From the NCBI GenBank assembly GCA_965223425.1, contig OZ245003.1, positions 864,001-928,000 on the forward strand: 64,000 nucleotides of DNA, given 5' to 3'. The translations under genes and the position numbers were made by a program. The DNA comes from Nitrosopumilus sp. (GTDB lineage Archaea; Thermoproteota; Nitrososphaeria; Nitrososphaerales; Nitrosopumilaceae). Numbering within the stretch: the stretch's first letter is position 1; the number at the start of each line of letters is the position of its first letter. Of this stretch, positions 30,875-40,528 are shown piece by piece. Below the pieces are notes generated by a model, which was not told the origin of the DNA, searched no databases, and saw only the letters and a list, made by a program, of their open reading frames with translations.

Positions 30875-32288
30875 TATACATGCCTTGATTGTTCACTGCA
30901 GATGCTCCGGCCAGACTTGCACCGGACGTGGATGTTCCAACATTTGCAGATAAGAACCTGCCAGGCTGTTGTATGGCTCCTCCAAGTGCGCTGTTTGCAG
31001 AGCCGTGTGAAAAGCCTCGCATGATTGCCTTCATGCCAGTAGAGCCTGCCACGCTTGCAGATGTAATGGATGTCGATACCATGTTGCCTACCCTAGTTGA
31101 GAGGTTTCCAAGCATCGGCGATAGCATGACTGGGAAAAACACCGCCAAGAACCCTATGCTTAACAGCTGAAACCACATGCGAAGTGGCGGCATGTTCTGC
31201 GAATCAATCGTGGATAACCCCACAGACAAGACAATGGCTGACATTATTGGCGCCATGGATAGCCCTATCAGGTTCTGCTGGAACATGTCTGATATGCGGC
31301 CAGTGTTGATCCACGGAATCAGGCCTATTGCAGATACCAACGGAAACGAAACGATAATGATTTCAGTTAGCATCACGCGAATGGCAGACAAGACAAACAT
31401 CATTGCAGTCATGAACATCACGGCAAATCCCTTGAATAGCGCAAGCAGTACGTTTACGATATACTCCTCTCCAAAGAACGGATTCTGCAGTGCATCGTTC
31501 CACGACTCTTGGCTCAGGACCGATGTCTGGTTGAATCCCCCCGCATCAAAGATATCGACTGGGTCTACTGACGTATTGCCATTCACACTGCACGTTACAG
31601 AGCCCATCATGCACCATAGGTCCGCCGTCTTGCCGTGCGGGTCCCCTCCAAAGGGATCCATGAGGTACAACGAGGATGACTCGATGACTAGTGCCGTCAT
31701 GTCCCACAGGTACGGTAGCACAAGATAGATTGGAATCAGCACAATCATCTTTGCAATTATCCCGTATGCCGTCCCCTGTCGTACTATGTTGAACTCTTCA
31801 AAAAAATATGACAGTCCTGCAAGCATCAAAAGTATGACAAATATTCCAAGCGCAATCTTTACCATCAGCCCATACATTGCCAAGGATGGAAACGACTCGG
31901 CAAACTCTTGTTCTGTCACCTCCATGGAATCTTCCTGATTGCCGATGACTACAGAACCTCCCCCCGATGTCAGAACAGGCAGGTATTCTGGTATTCTCTG
32001 CCCGTCTTCTGTATAGTGAAATATGGTCGGCATGTCTGCCAGCAGATCCGGAACCATCGGGCCGCCAACTGTGACGAAGAGCTGAGATATTGCAATCATT
32101 GAGGCAAATACCAGTATTCCCATCCCAAGCATTAGCGGCATGGTAAAGAGAAAGCCGCGTCTTTTCTTGCTACGAATCCTTGTAACGTGAGTAATCAGTT
32201 TTGATGCCAGCACAGCCTCAAAACTTTGGATGCAATTTAAGAGAGAAATCTCAGGGCTGTTTTTTTGGGAATGTTTTTTGCCAGTCAC
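30849..32288 (-). CDS. VirB6/TrbL-like polytopic membrane protein
   Basis: About 7-8 TM segments, low-complexity Gly/Ala/Ser tail, conjugation context. Confidence 0.65.
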   Translation of the reverse strand: MTGKKHSQKNSPEISLLNCIQSFEAVLASKLITHVTRIRSKKRRGFLFTMPLMLGMGILVFASMIAISQLFVTVGGPMVPDLLADMPTIFHYTEDGQRIPEYLPVLTSGGGSVVIGNQEDSMEVTEQEFAESFPSLAMYGLMVKIALGIFVILLMLAGLSYFFEEFNIVRQGTAYGIIAKMIVLIPIYLVLPYLWDMTALVIESSSLYLMDPFGGDPHGKTADLWCMMGSVTCSVNGNTSVDPVDIFDAGGFNQTSVLSQESWNDALQNPFFGEEYIVNVLLALFKGFAVMFMTAMMFVLSAIRVMLTEIIIVSFPLVSAIGLIPWINTGRISDMFQQNLIGLSMAPIMSAIVLSVGLSTIDSQNMPPLRMWFQLLSIGFLAVFFPVMLSPMLGNLSTRVGNMVSTSITSASVAGSTGMKAIMRGFSHGSANSALGGAIQQPGRFLSANVGTSTSGASLAGASAVNNQGMYSAAGGASK

Positions 32289-32698
32289 AGAATTGTTACG
32301 ATGGCTACTGCACTAGGATAATCGGTTGAGAAAATTTTGTAGATTCCTGGAGGAACCCGGTTGCCTTGAAGATCTGTTCGAGTCCACTGAAATGACATTT
32401 CAGAATCTGGATGCAGAGTAGTCTCCGCCTCACCTGCAGCATCTGGATATAGACGCTGATCCAACGTGTTGGTTATTGTCATGCTGTACGAGGTATCTGC
32501 AAACGATACTGTTTTGTTTCCAGAATTTACTAGATGAAATTTTATCTGCTCACCTATCTGATAATGGGATTTTTCTGTAGTTATGTGCAAGTATCCTTTA
32601 GGTGTGTTGAAATCTTCCACTGTGAGATAAACGCCGGTTACTGATGCGCCAAATACTGCGGCAACCACAATGCCGATTACTAGTCTCTTTGATGACAC
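32285..32698 (-). CDS. Membrane-anchored Ig-like (BsuPI-like) protein
   Basis: N-terminal TM; YQIGEQIKFHLVNSG...FQW...GNRVPPGIY. Confidence 0.55.
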   Translation of the reverse strand: MSSKRLVIGIVVAAVFGASVTGVYLTVEDFNTPKGYLHITTEKSHYQIGEQIKFHLVNSGNKTVSFADTSYSMTITNTLDQRLYPDAAGEAETTLHPDSEMSFQWTRTDLQGNRVPPGIYKIFSTDYPSAVAIVTIL

Positions 32699-32758
32699 TC
32701 AATATGTTTTCCCAACTTTTCATATAATGGTTTTTTTGCGCTTATAGTCGACTCGCAT

Positions 32759-33172
32759 ATGGAACTTGTGAACCAGATAATTGCGGCAGTCATGCTTTTT
32801 GGGATAGTAACTGCAGTCTTTGCGCCGATAATAGCAGAGTCCGGCTTGCAGATATTCTCAAAGTCTGTCAGCATATCAGATGCTATGGAATCATCAAGAG
32901 ACAGGACAGGCCAGATAATGGTTGCTACAAACACACAGCAGCAAGACGACACCGTCTCCGTATATCTTTCAAATATTGGCATTGCAGATATCCGTATTCA
33001 TACAGTTCTTGTGGATGGTCTAGAGTCATCATTTGTTTTGAAAAATCAGGATGATGTGCCAACTGATGTGTTTCATATAGACGAGCTTGCAATCTTGGAG
33101 ATTCAGGGTACAGGTGACGCAGTGCAGGTAATTACAGATAGTGGCAAGCTCTTTGAGTTTTTTGTACGATGA
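32759..33172 (+). CDS. Archaeal pilin-like protein
   Basis: Hydrophobic N-terminal helix, VYLSNIG, VITDSG. Confidence 0.65.
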   Translation: MELVNQIIAAVMLFGIVTAVFAPIIAESGLQIFSKSVSISDAMESSRDRTGQIMVATNTQQQDDTVSVYLSNIGIADIRIHTVLVDGLESSFVLKNQDDVPTDVFHIDELAILEIQGTGDAVQVITDSGKLFEFFVR

Positions 33173-33731
33173 TTTTCTGATCTGCCTGAAATTACTGGAG
33201 CTGTTTACAGGGCTCTGTAGCGTTATGGTGACCTGAAATATGGATCTTCTCTGGATTGAAAATCTATACGCACAACGATCAATTAACACTTGACAACATC
33301 TTAAAAAAACTATTTTTTGGTGATCAGTTCGGGGTTGTCGCCAAATTCGACCAAATGATAATTTTGTAATTTTTCACGCGTATTGATCAGGTAGGCGTGG
33401 GTTTCCAATGACTCGCCATAAGAAACGTGATCAGTACTGGAAGTACCATCACGATGCCCACACCCGAGAACTGGATTTTCTCACATCCCATAGTTTCTTT
33501 GATTGTGGATAATTCGTCCTGTACATGCCAGAAGGTCTGGCGCGGGACGCAAGCTGGTACACGGCAAAAACAAGCTTGCATTTCTCTGCATACTATGGTG
33601 TGCCTTGACTTTACATTCAGGGACATGGAGGATCCCCCCCCCTCTAGAACGCAGTTATGCAGTTAAATGATTTATAAGAATTCCAGTCAAATACAATACT
33701 GTCATCCCAAGCCCGTCAATAAAAGACTGCA

Positions 33732-34000
33732 TCAGTCTTTGCCGTAGACTACCTTGTGATCACCTACAACAATCAACAAAATGATTTTTTGTGGATTGGC
33801 AACCTTGTAGATTAATCGGCATGACCGTCCAATCTCATAGGCAAAGTATCCATATACTTTCCTTTTTTAGAATTCCTAAATCGGCAGGGAATTCTGATTT
33901 TGCAAGGGCAAGTATGGCCTCATCTGTTTGCTTTTGCAGTCGCGAAGAAAGTTTCTTGTAACTGACCACAAAGAGTTTGGTTCTTTCCGTATAGCCACAA
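33732..34000 (-). pseudogene. RelE/ParE-like toxin, frameshifted
   Basis: ERTKLFVVSYKKL...(frameshift)...YEIGRSCRLIYKV...VGDHKVVYGKD. Confidence 0.55.
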
Positions 34001-34002
34001 AA

Positions 34003-34170
34003 TCACTTATGTTCGTGAAGATCAGCTATCAACTCTTCAGGAGTTTTAAATGACTTTGGTCGGTCTGCGCCTGATTCGTACTGCTCTACTATGTATTCTT
34101 CGTTTGGCCAGAGATCGTTCTCATCTGTGACTTGTTTTGCCTTTGACATGTTCTTTTGTTTGTTCTGCAT
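34003..34170 (-). CDS. Putative antitoxin (55 aa)
   Basis: Acidic, ends FKTPEELIADLH; abuts the RelE-like remnant. Confidence 0.5.
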   Translation of the reverse strand: MQNKQKNMSKAKQVTDENDLWPNEEYIVEQYESGADRPKSFKTPEELIADLHEHK

Positions 34171-34251
34171 CCTAAAAAATATTAGGAGTCAGAAATTCCC
34201 ACGAGTTCTCGCCTTATCTTTTTGGGGATAAAATGGACTCGTTTGTTGAAT

Positions 34252-34827
34252 TTAGATTCGTTTTCTGACTTGCCATACTACAATTACAGGTGTCGCAATG
34301 TATATTCCTACAATTAATCCAATAACTGACACACCAAAGAAAATTACTTCATTCTCAGAACCCTCATTTACAAGGGTCATAATAGATAGAGTGGAAATAA
34401 TAGGCGTAATGAAAATCTTGACAGCTTCCTTGAAAATTGGATTTTCGTTCTCCATTTGTGCCACCTGTGGTGAAAAAGAATAGTAGACTGAATTAAATCC
34501 ATCCATAAACAACGCACCGGAATATGTACCAAGTAGGATGTTGTCTCGAACCTCTCTTAGCATTTGGACTTGCGGTGCCAGTTCTGAACCATAGGAGGCG
34601 GTGGCAATCAGACAGTCTACACTAGGTTTTTCTCCCGGAGGTAATTCGTAGGCAGGATCGCACTTTCCATCTACAAGTATCGTTTCAGGACCGCATACTA
34701 CTTTGTCACCTGGCAGGCCTTCGGTAAGTTCCTCTTGAGCAACAATCAAAGGCATTGTAATTGTTGTTGATATTAATAAGAATATGATTAATTGATTTGT
34801 AGTAAAAAAAATAGAAGGACTATTCAT
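34252..34827 (-). CDS. CFI-box-CTERM domain surface protein
   Basis: CGPETILVDGKC; CLIATASYGSELAPQVQMLREVRDN; C-terminal TM. Confidence 0.85.
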   Translation of the reverse strand: MNSPSIFFTTNQLIIFLLISTTITMPLIVAQEELTEGLPGDKVVCGPETILVDGKCDPAYELPPGEKPSVDCLIATASYGSELAPQVQMLREVRDNILLGTYSGALFMDGFNSVYYSFSPQVAQMENENPIFKEAVKIFITPIISTLSIMTLVNEGSENEVIFFGVSVIGLIVGIYIATPVIVVWQVRKRI

Positions 34828-35401
34828 TTTTATCCGATCTATATCTCTTGATTTCGTCTTTCAAATCTGATTCGTTCTTTTTTTCCGCATCTAATTGTTT
34901 TTTGGCTTTACCAAAATCATCTATGGTATATTTGCCTGTGAGCAGTCCTGCCACATAATAATTATCTCCCCAGATTGACTCTGGTTCTGGACCTGCAACA
35001 AATACTAGAACATGTTCGCCTTCTTCAAATGAAGCATCAATATGTGAAATGGTCTCAGCATCTCCTACTTTGCCACCTTGGATTCTTACAGTGATGTATT
35101 TTTCTTCGTATTCATCAAAGAGATCTTCTTCGACTTCAATTTTGACATCTGAGAAAATGTATTCCTCATTATCACGTATTACTATTGTTGAAACGATTCG
35201 TTGGACTTCTCCACTAATTGCGTAATTTGCCCCTTGTGACAGTTCCTCTAATGAATAATCTGGGATTATACCTTTGAGTATGATAGTCTCACTGGCTTCA
35301 ACGTTATCAGATTGCTCAAATATAGACACACCGATAGAAATACCAGTGATTGCAACGATTGCTATTAAAGATAATTTAATTTTGTTTTGCATTTTTATCA
35401 C
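34820..35401 (-). CDS. Exported partner protein of metalloprotease (module B)
   Basis: SLEELSQGANYAISGEV...VRIQGG...FEEGEHVLVFV; paralog of 22454-23014. Confidence 0.7.
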   Translation of the reverse strand: MIKMQNKIKLSLIAIVAITGISIGVSIFEQSDNVEASETIILKGIIPDYSLEELSQGANYAISGEVQRIVSTIVIRDNEEYIFSDVKIEVEEDLFDEYEEKYITVRIQGGKVGDAETISHIDASFEEGEHVLVFVAGPEPESIWGDNYYVAGLLTGKYTIDDFGKAKKQLDAEKKNESDLKDEIKRYRSDKNE

Positions 35402-36022
35402 CTAATGGTTTATGTCTAGAGCGATTTCGTCGGCAGATTGAACGTCACTAAGAATACTGGAACACCAAGGTCTCATTACAGAATGATCATAAAAGACATG
35501 CCAATGATGTTTCAAGCCAAATGAATGACCAACCTCATGATTTGCTATCCATTCAATGTCTTTATTGTTGTTAGAACAGACATTTACATCAGAACCAAAC
35601 CCTCTATCAGTTGTATATTCAATAAGGGAATGGTGAATTTTGGTTGGTTGACCTGATACAGTCCAAGTTCTTTCTTGTGCAGAAGAGCCGTATTGACCTA
35701 ATGCTGCTGATTCATGACTAATATAATATACAGAAGGGCATGAACCGTCATCATCTCTAACATCAATACTGCTACTGATATTGTCTAGTGCATCATTGTA
35801 AGTGTCTGCAACTTTGTCTAATTCGGTTTCTACTACAGATCGTTGGTTTATTGAACCATCTATTTCGATACTATTTAGTTCAGATGTATAACAAAATTCT
35901 GGATCATTTTGCCAGTAATAATTTTCTACTGAAACTGCAGTGGCAAGTACGTTTGGTATTGAAAATGCCACAATGAGGGCACTTAATGCAATTATGGAAG
36001 TTGTTGTTTTTATGTTTTTCAC
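35402..36022 (-). CDS. Secreted matrixin-like zinc metalloprotease (module B)
   Basis: Signal peptide; HEVGHSFGLKH metzincin motif; Met-turn HSVMRP. Confidence 0.8.
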   Translation of the reverse strand: MKNIKTTTSIIALSALIVAFSIPNVLATAVSVENYYWQNDPEFCYTSELNSIEIDGSINQRSVVETELDKVADTYNDALDNISSSIDVRDDDGSCPSVYYISHESAALGQYGSSAQERTWTVSGQPTKIHHSLIEYTTDRGFGSDVNVCSNNNKDIEWIANHEVGHSFGLKHHWHVFYDHSVMRPWCSSILSDVQSADEIALDINH

Positions 36023-36075
36023 GTTATTATGATATTCGATAATATGTCACTATATATAATATCAATTTCTTTCAG

Positions 36076-36367
36076 CTAACCACAAACCAATGGAAAGCTG
36101 GAGCGCCTGCACGACGAAATACAGCGGAAGCTTCCGGAGTTTGTGGCAATCATGATGCGCAAAAGCGATCCGGTGGACCTGCTCATGGACTGGTACAACA
36201 ACCGTAGGCCCCACATGTCACTGAACAGAAAGCAGAGGGAAACGCCTGCACAGGCCTTTGTGCGCAAGATGCCGCCAAAGGGGGGAATAGTAGTTGATGA
36301 GCAGACAGGGGAGGAATATGAAACCAAGTAGCAGGGTGTGTGTGTGAACTACTTTTAGGATCCCACA
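36076..36367 (+). mobile_element. IS481-like 3' remnant
   Basis: PQTNGKLERLHDEI...WYNNRRPHMSL; segment ends in ...CACA. Confidence 0.65.
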
Positions 36368-36387
36368 GGTTTTTTTATACGAAATCT

Positions 36388-38772
36388 TTATTGTTGCAGC
36401 GAATCTATAATTTGCTGGGGAATCTTAGTGGTAGGAGAGATCTCTAAAATCATATTTGTTATTAAATCTCTATATTCCTTGTGAACTTTTTCTAAGATAT
36501 CTGGATTTTCTGTTTTAATATAATTTAATGCCCGATTGAGCGGCAATACAGACTCTTCAGAAAAAGAATCTATTTCTATGATTTTATCCATAAACAAAAC
36601 AGCCTTTTCTAATTTATCATCTTTAACCAATTCTGTAACAGGTAATAACGATATGAAATATGCATCGATTGTATATCTTCGTGCAAGCGTTTCTAATGAA
36701 TCAAACAACATTTCCGTAAATTTATTTTCGTTTTCTGCCATTGTATGAGCTGCGTAATGGGCAATATCTCCGGCAATTTTTGGTACAAGTTCTTTTTGTA
36801 ATTTTTCATCCAAATTTGACAAATTACCAAATGTGACATCAACTACTTTTGATAATAATCCTAGATCGTTTGTGCCTCCCACTGCATCAAGAATTCTAAA
36901 GAAATCCTCAAAACCGCTATTTATCAGATCAATGGCTATTTTTTCAGCATCTTGTACTTTGTTGATCTCCACTAGGCACCCAAGTCGTAAAACATTCACT
37001 TCCCTTCCAATTTTGTCTTTTGGAATCTCTGATAATGCTTTTGGAATCTCTGATAATGCTTTTGGAATCTCTGATAATACTTTTAGAGCTTTTTTGAAAT
37101 CCTTTCTATGGATCATTATTATAGATTTTTCTAGCATAGATGAAGTACAAGAATAGTTAATTACCGCCATAGATAAATCAACATATTTTTCAGCCTTGTC
37201 TAGTTCATTTTTTTGTATATAGTGTGATGCTAGTTTGTGATACATTTGATGAAGCCATGCATGTTCCTTAGAATCTGATTTGTTTTGATACTTTTTAGTA
37301 ATTCTCATTAACTTGTTTTCCACCAGATCTCTTTCCTTTACAGCATCTCTTAGATGTCCATATTTTTCAGAAGCCTCAGACATGCAACACCTGGCATGAG
37401 CCATTGATAGTTCAGCTGCCAAAGAAATTATCTTATTAGACATTTGTTTTTTAAATTCCTCCACGCTTTTTATTTCACGGAGTGCAGAATCAAAATCTCC
37501 TATGAGCATAAATCTTTGCACTGTGTTTTCCAAATCAAGAATTTTCATATCAGGCATAGTATCTAAAAGGTAACATGCATAAACAAGATGTTTTTTAGTG
37601 TCTTCCTCAGAATGTGTAGATATTTCAAAAAATCTATCTGAGAGTTGCCTGTATTCAAAAAGTCTTTCTTTTCTGGTGTACCAAATTTTTAAGAAATTAA
37701 TAAACAAACTGATCCTTTTTGATCCGATTGGGGAACGCATCTCTCTCCAAATTCGATATAATCTTTCAGTTACTTGGTATGATGTTTCCTTCTTATCTCT
37801 AAATTTTATTGCCTCTGCTATGCCATTATTTTCTAAACGACGCAGTTGGGTGACCACACTTGCTACTTTCATTTTAGTTATTTGTGCCAGTTCTGTGGGC
37901 GATATTGGTCCTTTTTCTTGAGACAACGTATCTACAATCTTTCTTTGGGTTATGGACAATTGCTCCATTCGAACTTGATAGTAAGGGGTAAGTTGATCCA
38001 GTAATTCAAGAAGATTGGATTCCAAATCTACCAATGAATTTTTTTGGAGTAATATCTCACAAAGAGCATGAGTTAACCGAGGGTTTCCGCAAGTAAGAAT
38101 GTGTATCCCTTTGACTCGTTCTGTGTATTTTTCAAAATTTTTAAGCAGTTCTTTTTTCCCTCCACACTCAAATCTTTTTTTAATTAATGTTCTCATTGCT
38201 TTAACATTCAGTCCTTTCAAAAATGTTACATCCATAAAATTATAAAACGGTTCGTCATGTGAGGAAATTTCATGAAATACTGTCAAGGCCGAACCGACTA
38301 TGCAAAAGGGATTATGTTCTTGTAAAATAGCTCTTAACTTTGGTAATTCATTTTCCATCTGTTCAAATAACATTTGTAAATTATCTACAAAGATTACTGG
38401 AAATTTTTTTTGATTTTTAAGGTTATTGAATTCATTTAATGCAGTTGCTTCAACATTATTTTCATCAAATTCAACATTAAGCTCTTCTAGAATTCTTTTA
38501 AATAAATTCTCGACACTTGTTACAGAATATTCTTCCTCAGATAACCGTATAGTTGTAAAATTACTGAATTCATTTAATTTATGATATATTTGTAATAGCG
38601 TGTGTGTTTTTCCGATTCCTCGCTGACCTACTAATAAGATATGTGTAGCTAAATTACTTGAAATCGAATTTTGAAGTTTTTTAACGATATTGGCTACTGT
38701 CTTCTCCCTTCCAGTCGAAATGTATTCCAGGTCTTCTTTAGACATTAAATCAGGGGTAAATTTGTAGAACAT
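36388..38772 (-). CDS. AAA/STAND-like NTPase + wHTH + TPR-like helical C-terminus
   Basis: GQRGIGKT, IFVDNL, TCGNPR, ISPTELAQ...QLRRLE. Confidence 0.75.
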   Translation of the reverse strand: MFYKFTPDLMSKEDLEYISTGREKTVANIVKKLQNSISSNLATHILLVGQRGIGKTHTLLQIYHKLNEFSNFTTIRLSEEEYSVTSVENLFKRILEELNVEFDENNVEATALNEFNNLKNQKKFPVIFVDNLQMLFEQMENELPKLRAILQEHNPFCIVGSALTVFHEISSHDEPFYNFMDVTFLKGLNVKAMRTLIKKRFECGGKKELLKNFEKYTERVKGIHILTCGNPRLTHALCEILLQKNSLVDLESNLLELLDQLTPYYQVRMEQLSITQRKIVDTLSQEKGPISPTELAQITKMKVASVVTQLRRLENNGIAEAIKFRDKKETSYQVTERLYRIWREMRSPIGSKRISLFINFLKIWYTRKERLFEYRQLSDRFFEISTHSEEDTKKHLVYACYLLDTMPDMKILDLENTVQRFMLIGDFDSALREIKSVEEFKKQMSNKIISLAAELSMAHARCCMSEASEKYGHLRDAVKERDLVENKLMRITKKYQNKSDSKEHAWLHQMYHKLASHYIQKNELDKAEKYVDLSMAVINYSCTSSMLEKSIIMIHRKDFKKALKVLSEIPKALSEIPKALSEIPKDKIGREVNVLRLGCLVEINKVQDAEKIAIDLINSGFEDFFRILDAVGGTNDLGLLSKVVDVTFGNLSNLDEKLQKELVPKIAGDIAHYAAHTMAENENKFTEMLFDSLETLARRYTIDAYFISLLPVTELVKDDKLEKAVLFMDKIIEIDSFSEESVLPLNRALNYIKTENPDILEKVHKEYRDLITNMILEISPTTKIPQQIIDSLQQ
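37019..37081. repeat. 21-bp tandem repeat x3 (encodes KALSEIP-type heptads)
   Basis: tttggaatctctgataatgct three times, last copy with one mismatch. Confidence 0.9.
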
Positions 38773-38775
38773 GAC

Positions 38776-39948
38776 CTATAATCCCCGCCTATTCCTCCAC
38801 AAGTCTTCTAAAACTTTGGTGTAAAAACGACAGTCTTTAGAGGAAATATTCACAGTTAGATAGAAATCACCTTCTAATCTGTTTACCAACGCTGTAAATT
38901 TGGTAGCATCATTGGATTCAGTTATTTGAAAAAACAATTGCTTTAATTCCTCCAAAGACACTACCTGATGAATTGCAAGATAATCTAAAATTGACTTTGC
39001 TATTTTTCCCAATCCATTTTTATAATAATTATCCAGTCTTGTAAAATAATGTTCAAAATACCCTCTTCCACCTACTCCTAACACTTTTTCACTGTATGCT
39101 TTTTCAATTATATCTACAGATAATTTGGATTCATTTTCGTTCATTTCATCAATAACTGCCTGTATCAATATTTTAATAAAAAATGGTACACCGATACCTA
39201 CTTGTTCATAAATTTTTTGAATTATTTCTGCATCGGCAGAAGTATCCAATCCCTCAAACAACTGTTTAATCATTTCTTTAGATGGGGATTCAGGTAGGGG
39301 ATTTACCACAATTCGTTTAAAATCATTTATTGTATCCACTGCATCACATTCTGTTATCACTTGATCAATTCCTATCGACCCACAAATAATAAATCGTATG
39401 TCATAACTGATTCTAAGCTGTCGTAGCCAATTTAGAAATAATTTTGCTGTTTGGATTCCATTATCGTCGTTTCTTATCATGTTAAGTAGCATCGAAGGCA
39501 GCTCATCCACAATAAAAATAGGCCTAAGCTCACTTTCAGTTGTTAGTTTTTTAAAAATATGATTTCCTTTGTTTTCCCAATCCGGTTTTATGTACTCTCT
39601 TAATTTTAATTTGACATCCATTACCCCTACCACTTCAATCATTTTTAAAATTGAGGAGAATCCCTCCATGAGTTTGGTTTTTGTGTTTTTTAGGTTTTCT
39701 GTTTTGTCCATTATCTCCACGATGAAATTTTCTGGACGATCTAGATATTCAACATCCAAATAAAATACACGATAGCCTGATTTTGGAAAATCCCTTACAT
39801 TGAAGACAAAACTTGTTTTTCCAAATCTTCTTGGCGAAACTAGCAAAACGCTTCCTTTTTTGACAGACTCCCAGATTGCTTTTAATTCACTGTCTCTTCC
39901 AAAAAGTTCTTTTCCTGAAACAGCCGAGCCAATAATACATGAAAGCAT
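38776..39948 (-). CDS. Archaeal-type AAA ATPase
   Basis: LFGRDSEL, SPRRFGKTS, FIVDEL, ICGS, GVPFFI. Confidence 0.8.
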   Translation of the reverse strand: MLSCIIGSAVSGKELFGRDSELKAIWESVKKGSVLLVSPRRFGKTSFVFNVRDFPKSGYRVFYLDVEYLDRPENFIVEIMDKTENLKNTKTKLMEGFSSILKMIEVVGVMDVKLKLREYIKPDWENKGNHIFKKLTTESELRPIFIVDELPSMLLNMIRNDDNGIQTAKLFLNWLRQLRISYDIRFIICGSIGIDQVITECDAVDTINDFKRIVVNPLPESPSKEMIKQLFEGLDTSADAEIIQKIYEQVGIGVPFFIKILIQAVIDEMNENESKLSVDIIEKAYSEKVLGVGGRGYFEHYFTRLDNYYKNGLGKIAKSILDYLAIHQVVSLEELKQLFFQITESNDATKFTALVNRLEGDFYLTVNISSKDCRFYTKVLEDLWRNRRGL

Positions 39949-40105
39949 GTTTTTTTATAACATGTTTGTTATATAACATTTTTGTTATGTGTACGTGATA
40001 ATGATACAAAACAAGAGAAAGAGCAATTCAAAGCAAGCATGTTAACATATGCCTCTGTCTGCAGGAAATGCAGTAAGGTATCAGGTTATGGTAAACAAAA
40101 AACAT

Positions 40106-40528
40106 TCATCCTGATTTTTGCACGTCAAAGCATTCTATCGCAGAACCGTCTTCAGTCGTTGCCGATGCCCTCACAATGTATTCTTTATCAGATATTTTGG
40201 CAGAAAAGGAATCCATCTGTCTCCATGCGCCCCCTGGCGCAATTGCAACAGAACTATTGCCAAATCCGTGTGACGTGCCGTCATCATCTGCAAATGTGAC
40301 ATTGGCAGCAGTGATTACTCCAGAGCCCACATTGCGCAATGACACTGCAAGGTATGCCCTCTCCCCGACATCATACAAGGAGACATCAGATAGCATGCAT
40401 CCGGAATTTCTTGTCGCAATGTCTGCATAGTCTGTCAGGACTGCAAGCAGCATTCCAGACAGCACGATTCCAAATCCAATAAGCATTGATACTGCAATCA
40501 GGCCGTGCATGCCGCGCCTTTTCCTCAC
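40106..40528 (-). CDS. Archaeal type IV pilin
   Basis: Class III signal MRKRRG|MHGLIAV; VSLRNVG. Confidence 0.75.
   Translation of the reverse strand: MRKRRGMHGLIAVSMLIGFGIVLSGMLLAVLTDYADIATRNSGCMLSDVSLYDVGERAYLAVSLRNVGSGVITAANVTFADDDGTSHGFGNSSVAIAPGGAWRQMDSFSAKISDKEYIVRASATTEDGSAIECFDVQKSG

Noticed and set aside
33320-33670. Possible IS remnant or short ORFs
   Set aside because: IS-end-like sequence, but no recognisable transposase motif or partner end
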